Assembly: GCA_030141605.1 (NCBI GenBank) | Contig: JAQGDQ010000136.1 | Location: 372,001 to 436,000, forward strand | DNA length: 64,000 bases | Reading direction: 5' to 3' | From: Tubiluchus corallicola | Lineage: Eukaryota > Animalia > Priapulida | In this document: positions 1 through 12,800 of the stretch, in pieces | Position numbering within the stretch: the first letter of the stretch is position 1 | Layout: each line of letters opens with the position of its first letter | The notes under the pieces: model-generated | The model's database searches: none | Told to the model about the DNA's origin: nothing | Seen by the model: the letters and a program-made list of their open reading frames with translations, nothing else | Made by a program: the position numbers and the translations under genes

Positions 1-690
1 CTGGCTACTGTTTGGAAATTTTCCTAAAAAGAATGTTTGGATTCAGTTCACCAAGAAATTTGCACTTAATTTTATCAGTAGCAGACTTGATTTTGGACAG
101 CATACAATTACGCAGGAAGAAATACAGTATCAAATTTCACATAGACCCTAACATTAACATGTTACAGACTTTGTTACAGCTTTGTCTTACCACGCAATTA
201 AATGGTCGAGTTTAATAATTTTTGAACATTTAGGATTCCTTAATCATAAATAATTGTTTAACATTGAAAGCAGTAAACACTTGGCACAGTATTTGGCATC
301 CCGATGCCTCTACAGTATCCAGCACTTTGTAGCAAAAGTAATAGAACTGAAACGCAGACAATTCTTATCTAGAATGAGATGCCGGGTCTGGAAGAGGTGT
401 ATGCATTGTACAAGAAAAGCAGTCAGAAATGAAGTGGTAGACGAAACAACCAAGAAATAGCTATTTATTCACTAATTAGCCTAGTGCTGCTTAACTTTGG
501 TAGCTAAGTTTAGGAACTGCTCAAGGCATGTATTTCCAGCAACTATAACTGCACAGTCCACTAGCTCATACAATAACAAACGTACATTACAAAAAATAGG
601 AAAAGTCGAATGCCGCAAAAGTGAATATTTCTATTAAAAGCATGGCTGATGCCCATCACATACCAGTTATTTTAAAATGTGTTCACTCAC

Positions 691-844
691 CTATCAATTC
701 CTCGTGTGGATCCCGCGACCGTACTGTAAATGGTAATCTATTTTCTTGAAAGGAACGGAAATATAAGAAAAGCTGTTCCCCAGACTTCGTCACCGGAACC
801 AAGTTGCCACCCATTTCTATGTACTGTGGCTTGCCCTCTAGCAC
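691..844 (-). CDS. Ank2: Ankyrin exon, UPA ([51 protein letters not shown])
   Basis: acctag|GTG...ATAG|gtgagt; 154 nt, phase 0-1; gene continues off the left edge. Confidence 0.95.
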
Positions 845-3800
845 CTAGGTGAATAACAGACCATACAAATTAGACAATGCATACAGGACAAAAAACAATT
901 TATGTAAATGGTTTGCTGTAGATAAAAGAGAGCTGTTCATATCCTTTTTGAAGCAAGCAAGAAGCAGGAAAATAAATTTCTGATTACTAGTTGAAACATA
1001 AATGATTCAAGTTTATAAGGGGCCATCCTGCACCAAGACATGCCCTGTATAAAATTATGTAGCACAGCAGTAAGACAAGTCTGGCAAGTAAACTGCATGA
1101 ATTTTGTAACGTACAAAGATACAGATTTTCGTAAAAGAAACTTAATGTACCAACATATCTACAATTGTCGGGCTGTTGACAAGTTGGGATAGTTAGTATA
1201 CAAGCTATGTGGTTAAGGCTAAGGTACCAAGCCAGATGTGGTTGCAAAAGACTGTCTTGCAAAAGGTTCACCCGTCATTGTGTAAAGATAAAGTACACAA
1301 TCAAGAGTTAGACGGATGTCAAGAAATTAAGCATAAAATTTCGTGCTAGGATGCCTGCCTAGCACGAAAACATAAAAAGTGAAGAAATTGTCAAGATTGC
1401 ACAATACTTCAAAAAAAAGCAAGGATTTTGGGGGCGTGTGTTAAATGGAGGTCGAAACAAAAGCTCCGTTGACCGCTACTTTCAATCAGTAACATAAAAT
1501 TTTTTAAGAGCTTTATTAACAACAACAAATACTGTAATAAAAACTAATGCAATACCTCAACGTCCCGACTTCTAGCGACCTCAGAGAAATGTTCTTGACA
1601 CTCAAGCGTCTTTTCCATCTTGTCGTCTGTCATGCAGAAGACACGAAGGCGCCCTTCCTGCCGCTCCGATCGTTTGGCAAATACTACGAATTTTGCCATA
1701 AATGGGACGTGAATCGCCTCACGGTACAAGTCTGTGGCGAATTTTGCAGCTTCAGTGACTTGCTGGCAGTCCATTAACCAGAATCTATAAGCAAAAGCAC
1801 AAACAATATACTGCAGAGATTTTTAAAATAAGTTGATCCCAAATAATTTCTATAAAAATTAAATTTCATTTCCACAAATTACAATGCTGAATGCAAATTG
1901 AAAAGCTTTTTTGAAATGCACTAAAATAGATATCTACAGTTGATTATGGGTGAATCAGCTACAAATTATCAATAGTGTACAAATATTCAGTGCATTTTCA
2001 GTAAGTGAAGCCAAGTTTCCAAACCATCTTTACACGTTTATTATAAAGTTTATTATACAATGTTTCCTCCCGAGGATATTTATTGTTATTAATTTTTTAT
2101 ATGTAAATTATATATGTAAAAGTTGCCTCCCTTTATTTTGCATTATTCACTATTCACAACTAACATAAAAGAACAATGAATACGAATATAAAGCAAGTAC
2201 TCCATTCATTGTCATGAGATTTCTGCAACTCACCTAGCTGATACTGTTGTAGTGAAAGAGACACATTCGTTTACAAAAGTAAGAGGAGTTGTTCCGGTAA
2301 TGTCTTCCCACTGCGCAGCATGTGTGCCACCTGTAGTTAAAACAAAGAAATTCAATATGAAGACAGAAATAAAAAAACACATTTCCACAAACTGTGAAGT
2401 TTTCAAAAATGTAATTTCACAATAAACTGTAAGAGCACTTACCAGTAATACTACACAGAAGCCTCAAAGTGGGCGTTTCCTTGCTGTACTGATTGATCAT
2501 GCCCTTGCTGGCAGCTTGTGGTACAGGTATCGTAAGCGTGATGGGTTTGTGGAACTTTCGCCGTCGTGGCTCCACAGTAACAATGGGACTCACGGCCACA
2601 CGATTGCCCAGAAGCTTTGTAACAAGTTCGCTAGGTATCGGCTGTGCCTATGTAAAACATAATAACAGCTGACTTAGTTTTCACTTACTTATAACTAAAT
2701 AGACCAAGAATGCAATTCACAAAGATAAGTTGATTTTTAAGCAGATTTGACTACAGCCATTTTTTCCTATCTACCTCGTATTTCCTGTCAAATGCAGAAA
2801 AACAATGTATTGATTACTGAGGTCCCTATTTACCTGTAAGCCGACGCGAATCTTTTTAGTTAATGCGCCTTCCGGAAAGACGGCCTGCACTTGTGGAACT
2901 ACAGTGGAACTGACCATCCCACCTTCTGGACCGATTGTGTGCGTCTCTTGATGAACCCGCGTGACCACAGCAAAGTACATTGGGAAGTCATTTGTCAGAA
3001 TGCGGGTAATACGATTTGTATGCAGGTCCTCGATTGCGTCTAGTTCTAGGAAAATAATTGTAAACAAGATGAGTGCAAAATAACATGTATTACACATTGG
3101 TTGATAGCTGATGCATGTTTTTTGTAATTTGAGGAAAGCCACTAAATGATGTAATCAGTATAGGCTATTTAAAAGAGATAATGTAGAATCAACCATACAG
3201 CTTACAAATGGCATCAGGAACTAGAAGAGCCCAGAGTCGCACCGTTCCAGCCGGTTTATTTCTACAATTGACCTAGCCGATAAGAAACTTAGCATTAGGT
3301 GCACCAGCTGCTCAATAATAGCAGTCGAGCTAGCCGATACTCCTGCTGGCTGCAAAGATTTTCACTCTTGCGATAATCACGTGGCACTGCAAATCACTGG
3401 TTAAAATATAGCAAAAACAATATCATGAATACGCAGTCTGACTGTGCGTGTGCTGGCAGCGATACTAAACTTTAGAAATTTTTAAACGAGAAGGACGGTC
3501 AATTCAAAATTAAATACACAAATAGGCCACATTAGTCATACATAGGGGATCATTTTGGTGTTTTGGTATTGATTCGTCTGTAATCAAGATAAGCCTCACC
3601 AAGAACTGGATTTAAATTATATTTGCAATAAATCTGTTGCTCTTTTATAATAACAAAAAATTAATCTCTAATGCATTATTTGAATCTGTACATCAGCCTT
3701 TTTCTGTGTATAAGCAACACAAGTCATTTAAAAAATTTGTCTCCATAATTTCACAGTTAACAAACAATTTATCATTATTTACTTAACAAAAATTCGTAGC

Positions 3801-6800
3801 TTCAGCTGACTTAGCTGATTTTTTCTTTAAGCCAATTCAGCTGAAAAGTCAGTCAACCTCTGCCGAGCTAGCTGATTTACTGTGTGAGTCAGCTGATGTA
3901 GTAACAACTAGATTCAGCTTCAGCCTCTATGAACTAGGAAGAGCGCACAGGTTTTTCATAAGCATGAATTTTTATTACCTTCACCATCGAAGCTTTCGTT
4001 TAACACGTCTTGCACGGCATTTTCTGTTGCTTCTAATGTGTGCTCTCTCCATGTTTCTCCATTGTCGCTTCGCAGGATTGTTATCTCCCTCTCTTTGCCT
4101 CGCAGTGAAGCAAAATGTGGAACCTCTATAATAACTGGCCTGCATTTAGAATATGATGAACATTATTATGCTGGCTATAAGACAGATAGAGAGACATACA
4201 CGTTTATTATTTTCACTCATTCTTCATACGTTAACCAATGGATTGAATAATTAGGGTGATTCCCGGAACAAATTTTTACATAAGTGACAGAATTCTTCGT
4301 GTGTATGAAAAGTTCTTTTGTGAGAATCGTGGCTCATAGTACTCAAATTATTTCATTAGGGTAAAAGTTTAGCTTTAAAATGTCATGGTCTGCAAGAAAA
4401 AGTGAATATTATCTATCACTTTATGCAAGTTACTAAAACCACACACATCAGACAAAACCACATTACAAACATTTCAGACAATAATAGCTCTGCTGAAAAT
4501 ATGAAATGTTAATAACAAACAAAACTGGCAAAGCATTAGACTCACCCTAAAAATTTAGCTCCAGATGGTCCCATCTCTAAAATTCTACTTGCCAGAGCCT
4601 CTCCTTCCATTAACGGTGGAGGATGTGCAAGTTTGTCCCTCTTCACAAGTCGGCAAGTGATGCGCATGGGTGCCGGAGCCTTCCGGGGTGGGATAATGAT
4701 CCGTACCCCCGAATGTCGACAGCCCCTCATGGCTCCTCCGCGTGCATCAACCATGAAGCTGACAAGGAAGCTGCAAAGTAAAAAATAAATATGATGAATG
4801 TTAGGTAATTATGGGCAATGATTTGACAACACAGTTGAAGACATGTTTCCAAGTAAGAGGAATTGACAAACTTACCTTGGGCTTTATTTTTGGGCTTTAA
4901 TATTGACCTGCGTAAGTTTTATAACAAGCTATACAACAAATTTATCAATACAGCTGCAAAGACACATTACGACTGATACACAGACTGATGATATTAAGGT
5001 CCTGAGACCCTTAGACATTTGCTTCTATGTCTAAAATCCTTAGATATTAAACTTGACATTTGGTTTCAAGCATATACATATACTATTAAACATATACCTC
5101 AACTGAAATGCTTTCTGGCCGTAACTAAGTTCATAATCACTAGGAACTTGGCACGCAAAAGAAGCGCTCCTCTTCCCAAAAGTGGGTAGTTTCAGACATC
5201 TCAAGGTACCTCCCATGAATTTCAGAATACTGAATAGTATTTCAGTTTGTAAAATATGCACACGACATTACAATTATAATAAATTTTCTAAATTAAAAAT
5301 TATCTCAGTTTCGTTATCACAAAATAACACACTCCTTCAGAATGAACTAACAATTCACTCTGCACTGTAATAATGTGCATGTGAAGTGAGTGAAGTGACG
5401 ATTCGATTGGCAAAGCTAATGATATGTGTTTATGGTACTGGTTCATGGTTAAGAGAATATTGTAAATTTAGGGAGAGCACAGGTAAATGACTTGCACGGG
5501 TCACAGAAATTCGTAAATTTTGTAGAATTTGCCCAAATTTTTAGTAGGATCGGATCGTTGAAATCTGAGTTTGAATAAGAATCAAGAATTATCTTAAGGC
5601 TACTTGAATGAAGACAAGCACTAGATAGACCGCTTCTATTTCTATCTAACACATGTTAGTTCAGGAGTAAGAAAGTCCTAGTTACCGTTGGTATGCATAA
5701 CTGTATAAAGCGGTATGCAAGACCATTGTTTGCTAATACAGAACATTTAAAACAGAAACATAAAACCTTTTCATCAACACTTCAGTTGTACAATTTACAG
5801 GGTCCTGCAGAAATAGTTTTTTAGTTTAAATTTACGCAAAAATGCGTCAGATGGCAGCACATGTCAATGCTTATAGTTTTGTAAAGCGGCAGCGACAACA
5901 ATATAAAATAAACGAAATAAAATATGAAAATGCGTTTTTGCAAAAATATTGGTTTAATAACACGAATCCTGAAACTCATTTTTAAGAGCATTAATATTTT
6001 TGTAGCAAGTTCCAAATGAAAGTATTTGGGTTCCTGGTTCTTATTAATAAAAAATTGCATTCTGATTTATATTTTGTAGAATATACGAATGAATGTCAGA
6101 TGAAACGTTAGATCTTACATCTCGAAATCATGTAATATTAATGTAGATTTTACTCCATGCTTTTGCTACATTACACTGAAATTGCTCTTAAGCAAACTTG
6201 TTCAGCTCACCAGCCTCAATACTTTGAGGCAAATTTACTGAAGAAATTAAACCCGGAGAAACCAGTATGGCTCGTTTCAGTTAATATCGGTCTAAATTTG
6301 CTAACATTCACATCGGCAAACGTCACAAATGACGCGTTTCAAATTGTTTGCATACAATTAGGAAACTTGAAAATCACTTTTGTTGCCATGACGACCCAGT
6401 TGTGGCAAGCGCTTACCGTTTTACAACGCTTATACGAGTACTTGGAAATCGTGATGATTTCATTTTCATTTAAAACAAAAAGCACCATGAAATGGTAAAT
6501 CTTTGGCTACTGTCAAAATTAAGGGTGCCACTGTGCGTTAGTTGATAGCACTCCTCGCCCGATGGCACTACCCACACTATAAGTTTGATTTAGCTGGCCC
6601 TTACTAGTCTTACTAAGAGATGCAGTTCAAAATTTTCGTAGTAGTAACATCTATATCGGTCTTCAATGTCAAGGACAAACATGCAATGACCTCCCATGCT
6701 GCTAATACCATCTTTGATTGGCTGGACAGACGAAAGCAATATTACACACTGTGACTCGTTGGACAAGTCACTTGGAAAAACTGCAGTACAATTAAAACTA

Positions 6801-9800
6801 GTCAGAAGCGCTTAATAAAACCTCAAAAGCTGACTGCATAGACGGCAGACAAGCGTAGTTACTTTAATTACGTCAAATGCTGCATACTGAATGATAAATA
6901 TCGTAATAAAGGCTCATTATTTAGGTAATTAATGTCATGCATGGTTCAGCAATTAATTGAAAGTGCAATTTAGATGCCCACTTGTCACAAGCGGTCGTCA
7001 AATTGTCGTGAGAGGCTGACAGTGCAGGCAGGTGACACACGCCTAACACGAAAGAAATTGATTAATAAATTCTCATTAGGAAAATGAACTTTTATTTATA
7101 AACAAAAAATATAAGAGAACACTGTAGCTACAGTTTCACCTTTACGGAATTGGCATTATAATGGTTTAAGTACTGCAACAGAGTTATCTAAAGTAGAAGA
7201 AACGAATTATTATCGCTAATAAATATAATAGCCAGGCCTACAGTAACCGACATATGCATTTAGACTGTGACAAAATCTTTGCAAGCATGTGCTAATAAAT
7301 GACTTCACTAATTCTTTATAATGGTCCAAAATTAATGACGATTTTTGGAGATTTTACTCACAAACTAAGCCTTTACTTAAGGACAAACACAAGATTTATT
7401 TTTTAAGCTTGGACAATCGCTCAGAAGCAAATGATTCAAAATACCTACGTTTCCCTTTCGTCTCTCGATTCTTTCCTCGAATAGTGAACGTTGCACTTCA
7501 AGCCCAGAGGATAAAGTAGCGAATTACAGTCAAATAACCCACCATTCACCGTGGCCATGTTTATGACGTCACAACACTCAATGAGTATTTATGAAGAAGC
7601 CATGATGGTTTACAATGTAGCGTGTTTTTTTCGCCCGCAATACAGCCGATGGCGTTACCAATTTTGCAAACTGCAGCTGTAGTCAAGAAAATCACGTCCG
7701 TGATATCATAATTAGATCACACTTGATATGGTTTACAATTTCAGCTTATTTATGTCAGATTTACAAGTATCACAGCGAAACTTGACGGTCAAAAGTGTCT
7801 TTCAAGCTGACAGCAGCAATACAAAATGAAACCACATGGTAGATCCTTCTGGCTGACTATTTTATGATTGCAACACTGTTTCTGCAAAATAGTAATGCTA
7901 AACACACATCAAGGTTAGATTTATCAGTTTACAGCAAAACTAACCTATTGATGACAGAACAATTTCAACAATTGTACGCTTTCAGTTGACATAGACAAAT
8001 AGAGCGTACATATATAAACAAACTTCCCAAACTGCAAATTTTTGACTCTTTTACTATTAGTAGTTAGTAAGACTTCACTTTGGCTGGATAAACTACAAGA
8101 TTAAAAGAATACAATACATCAACCGACATTCGAACCTATGTCACTTTCTGCCGTGCTATTAAAGCAGCCATATGCGTGTACAAAGCGTCCCACAAAGCAC
8201 AAAGAATGTCAGAAAATCTTCACGTTTTAATTTGAATTTGACTAAAACATTCTGCGCAAAGAAAGCCAGAAAATGTTGATATTTTTATTTGCAAGTTTAT
8301 TTGAACTCGTTGAGCTTACAGAAAATCATCACCATATCAAGCGGAAGTCAACGATGCAGATATTAAAAGCAAAATTTTTTAGAAGCTGGTAGGAAGCCAC
8401 AAAACTCTGTAAACAGCGTAGCAAAGACTTGAGCTTAAGAATGTCTAAACAAACTCAGCAAACCAGATGCGTGCAACCGGCTGAAAAAATGGTGACTGTC
8501 AACACCCAGTTTTGAAATACATGCTCAACTAGAGAGGGCTTCACTAAAACATTATAACAACTCCTTTTTGGCTTTATTGTATGGATACACAATGAGGCAC
8601 TGGGCGGGTAGTATTATCAGGTAAAACAATAAACACCGGAAGGTATGTTTATGCAAATACATCGCTGCCATTTTCTGTTGACAAATGCTCATCTAACACC
8701 CTCCTTCAGCTCCTCTTCGAGAGACACAGAGATGAAACAGTGCATTAACGATCGGCCTAGGGATCATTCACAACATTTACGTAACTTGAGATTGTTGGTT
8801 TCTGTACTGGATTACTTGTACACAACAGTTAAAGCCACTTAAATGCCGAAATAAAGTTATTTGAAATTCAATAAATGGGAAAAACCCATAATGGATACCG
8901 CATTAGGGAATAGGGAAAAGGCTTCGAACTAGTGTTAATATTAAACACACCCACCTTGAATAAGTCAAATAATGTGCTATTAAAGATAGAACACTGCTTT
9001 TCTTGCGTAATTATGCATTGCTGCAAACAGGGATCTACCATTTAACAAGACAGGGCCTGTCCATTGTAAACGGTTGTGGCAAAACTAGAACTTGTTTCAT
9101 TAACAAGGATGCTTTTCTAAGATAAGGCACTGAACCGAGTAAGGCATTTCGTTCTCATCCGTTCTCGACTCTGTACACATCTTCCTTCAACAAGGTAAAA
9201 TTTACCAATTGGCAGTATGGCAGATCAAACCGTCCAGAACGAATATTAAAACCGGCGGTCACCTATACATTCCCGGCCTGGTATAGCATACCGGTAATTT
9301 AAAATTGACCGTTAAGCACACGTAGAACCATTCCGCTGTTCACTTTGTCCCACAAGGTTCAGCTGATTATAGTCGCACAGATTCGCACTCTTCCTGTTAT
9401 GTTATTTATTATATAAAACGACAACCGAAACTTTATCGAGTAATAAGGTTAGAAAGGAGACAGTTGTTGCTGCCACCCAGAAGTCTTCCTGGTTTCCAAC
9501 TGAACTCGATCACGAGGCTCATCAAAATAAGCAGAGTTTTAAGTTGCGATGAAAAGGACTTCCCGAAACAGAGCTGTCCCAGGAGAATCGTCTGCAGTGA
9601 AGTGTAAAAGTGATTCAAGATGTCGTTCTTTGCAAACGAGTTGCCGGAAAAGGGTGGATGCTAAAAAGAGCTGCTATTGATTTCACAGACACGCCAAAAA
9701 ATGCACTGCCCAAGAAAAAAAACGAAAATTGTAATCTGGGAAGAAGCAGGTTTCTAACATAAATCTCCTCACAGTCAGCTTCCACATTGCATCATATATA

Positions 9801-12800
9801 AATGGATGTTACTGAAAATGCTGTAATAACTACCAACATAGCTTTGTGGATGGAAAGCGGAGCGGTAGGGCATTTTTTATTAAACATTGTCTGGCAAGGA
9901 GACGGTCAAACATCTGCACGTACAATACCCACAACAGTAGTCGTAAATTAGGCTCTAGCTTCAAAAACCTGCATTGGAAAATAAAAGTGTGGGGTAAGCA
10001 GCTATCATGTTTTAAAAAATCTAAATCACATCACATGTAAATAAATGTTGGCTAAAACAAACAGTTCATCACACAAAAAGTTCTATTTAGAAAACCTTTA
10101 ATATGGCTGGTAAAAGATTTCTTAAGACTCTTTGTAGAAAGAATAAACTATAAAAGTCGCTTGAGAGATAACCATGACTTCAGTAATATGATGATTTTGC
10201 TATTATGATGGAAACAGACAATAAAAACAATGACGGGCTTATTGATGGCGACAGCAGCTGACAAGAGCAAATAAATCGCCTTGATGATATGGGAACCGAT
10301 GAATAGAGAATGAGCGTATTGATGAGAAATTTATATGAAGAAGCCAGTATTTAATGGCGGTTGTAAAGCAGAGCTCAAACAGACTGGAGCAACGATGTTA
10401 GAAGAGGCACTGTTTGCGAACATTCACCAAGTTTCAAAAGCAGCATGTGAACAATACCAACGTGTACGCCGAAAGACGAGTGAGAATATAGTTTAATGTA
10501 CAGTTTATTGTTATATCGTAATAGTAATAGCAAAGCAAAATGCAGAGTATATTGATCAGCAATTTTTTTAAAGGTCCAGCGGTTATCATTATTTTTGTGT
10601 AAGGAGGTACAGATGCTAAATATGTTTAATCAAGCAGCTCTGTTGTTATGTTATTATACTCTTGGGATAAGCAGCAACTATACTGCTAACAGGTAATGTT
10701 GCTTAAGGCTCGGCTTTTTTAATACTAGACTTCTCAAACGCTTTTGACACATCTGGTAAATTTAAATCATGAATTCAGTCATGAAGATTTAAAACATGAA
10801 AATAATAAAATTTTGTAAGTAGAAGAAACACCCCGTACTCAAGTCATGCAGTCATTTACACAACATTTTTAAGCTTATTAGTAGAATCTGGTCCTTTTCT
10901 ACTATGTGCGTGCATAAATGTATAATGCTACCTTTATACACCCAATGTGTTTTCGTAACAAACCAAAATTTTATCCCCACTTAGTTACTTCAAATGTGTA
11001 TCTCTAGTGAAGATAGTGTATCTAACTATATGTGACTGCCGGAAATATCACTGGAAACAGTCTACGCAGTTGCTTCTCGGGTCAACGGTATTGTGGCAAA
11101 CCATGCAAAATCCTGGGTTAGCCAAATGTCACTCATGAATGTGTATCTAGTGAAGGGTCATAATAAGTGGCACGCGCTGGAATTCAGCACTACCATATGT
11201 TACAACGTGATAGAGATGTACACACTGATGGCTGCAACAGTTGGCTGACAGATGCTACTTGTTAATTAGAGGACGAGGAAGCTTTGGCAGCATCAATACG
11301 GACAACGAGAAAGTGATGGCAGAAAGAACATACTACAGCAAAAAATATAATTTCACTGGAGCAAAAGATTTTGGTTTCCCCTTTTTGTACCGGATGAATT
11401 TTAAGCTCAACCAGCCCCAGCCCCAGATAACAAACATCTACCGATTTCTTCATTCTCAAAAAAGAACTGACGCTGAGAGAAAATACTGTGTGCAAGCCAG
11501 ATTTGAACACTGGTGAGTTTTAAGCTCAACCAGCCCCAGAATTAACTCCCCGGACTTGTCTAAAAAACAGCTGGACTGAGTAAAAATAGACAAACCCGGC
11601 GACTTTAATATGCCGAAAAACCTTAAAGATGTAAAAAGTTCAAGAAAATTTGTTGAAGATGAACAAACTATTTAGTTTTGAAGAAGCCAGCAGCTGCTTG
11701 TGTAAAACGGGCAGTTCTAGGATTAGGACGCTACTTTATGAAGAGGAGTTCCAGGTCTAGCAGAGTGAAAAGCTTTATTCTTTATCGGTGAAGGACTTTA
11801 ATCAGACGAAAACATTATCAAACGAGACAGTATTAAAATAATTTTCAATCCCTTGCTGAAGACTAAATTTAGGGGTGCTCCCAGTGTATATTCTCGGGGC
11901 ACTGTTTAAAGAGCAGGGATGCTGAGATATTTCAAATTCCATTCCGACTAGAACGGTTTAAAGCAGTGAAGTACTTATAGCAAATCGTAAAAGTTATTTA
12001 CAATTTAAATCACGTAGGGAAGATTGGGCGAAATAGAGGAGATATATGTACATTAATATTCATAACCAGTCAGGAATCATGATTTACGCATGTGAAGTTT
12101 GAAAACGAGTACACTGTAACGACAAAATTATTCCAATTTTTCATTGGCAAGGGCAAGCAAGCCCCAAAGATTTATGAGTTGTTTTTCAAAGTCTAGAAGC
12201 TTCAACACGAAAACTTATATTGGCAAAAGCTGCTGCATCTCGCACATTTAATTAATTATTTACTTGGGGTCTAAATACATACACACAATTTAGAATCAAA
12301 TGTAGTAGGTGAAACATGAAGTTTAGTTAACACCAGGAAAGGAGATAAAACTAGTGTAAGGGTACCGCGAATCACTGGAGAAAATGGACAGAGGATTCAC
12401 AAAAAGATAAGTCTGATGAAAGCCTTTTAGAATCTCATGTAATATGGATGAAGCAAAAGTAATTTTCTTTATGGGTTGATAATAGAAACTCTTTAAATTT
12501 ACTACTGCAATAAGAGACTTCAAAAAGCAAAACGATAGCACACAGCGATCTAGAACGAAAGAATGAACAAACGGCTGAACGAAAGTAGGAAAGAATGATG
12601 TAATCATTGCTGTATTACATAACTCTTTTGTTTATAACATCCAGACTATGTACCGCACGTGACTTCGGAAAAAATCGCGAGCTTCATAACAAATGTGTAA
12701 AAAAATCTGAAAAACAATTAGAAAAATCACTAGCAAAATATATGAGCAGCAACGCCTCGCGTAGTCATTGAGTTGGGTTGGTTCTAAACAGTGCAAAATT

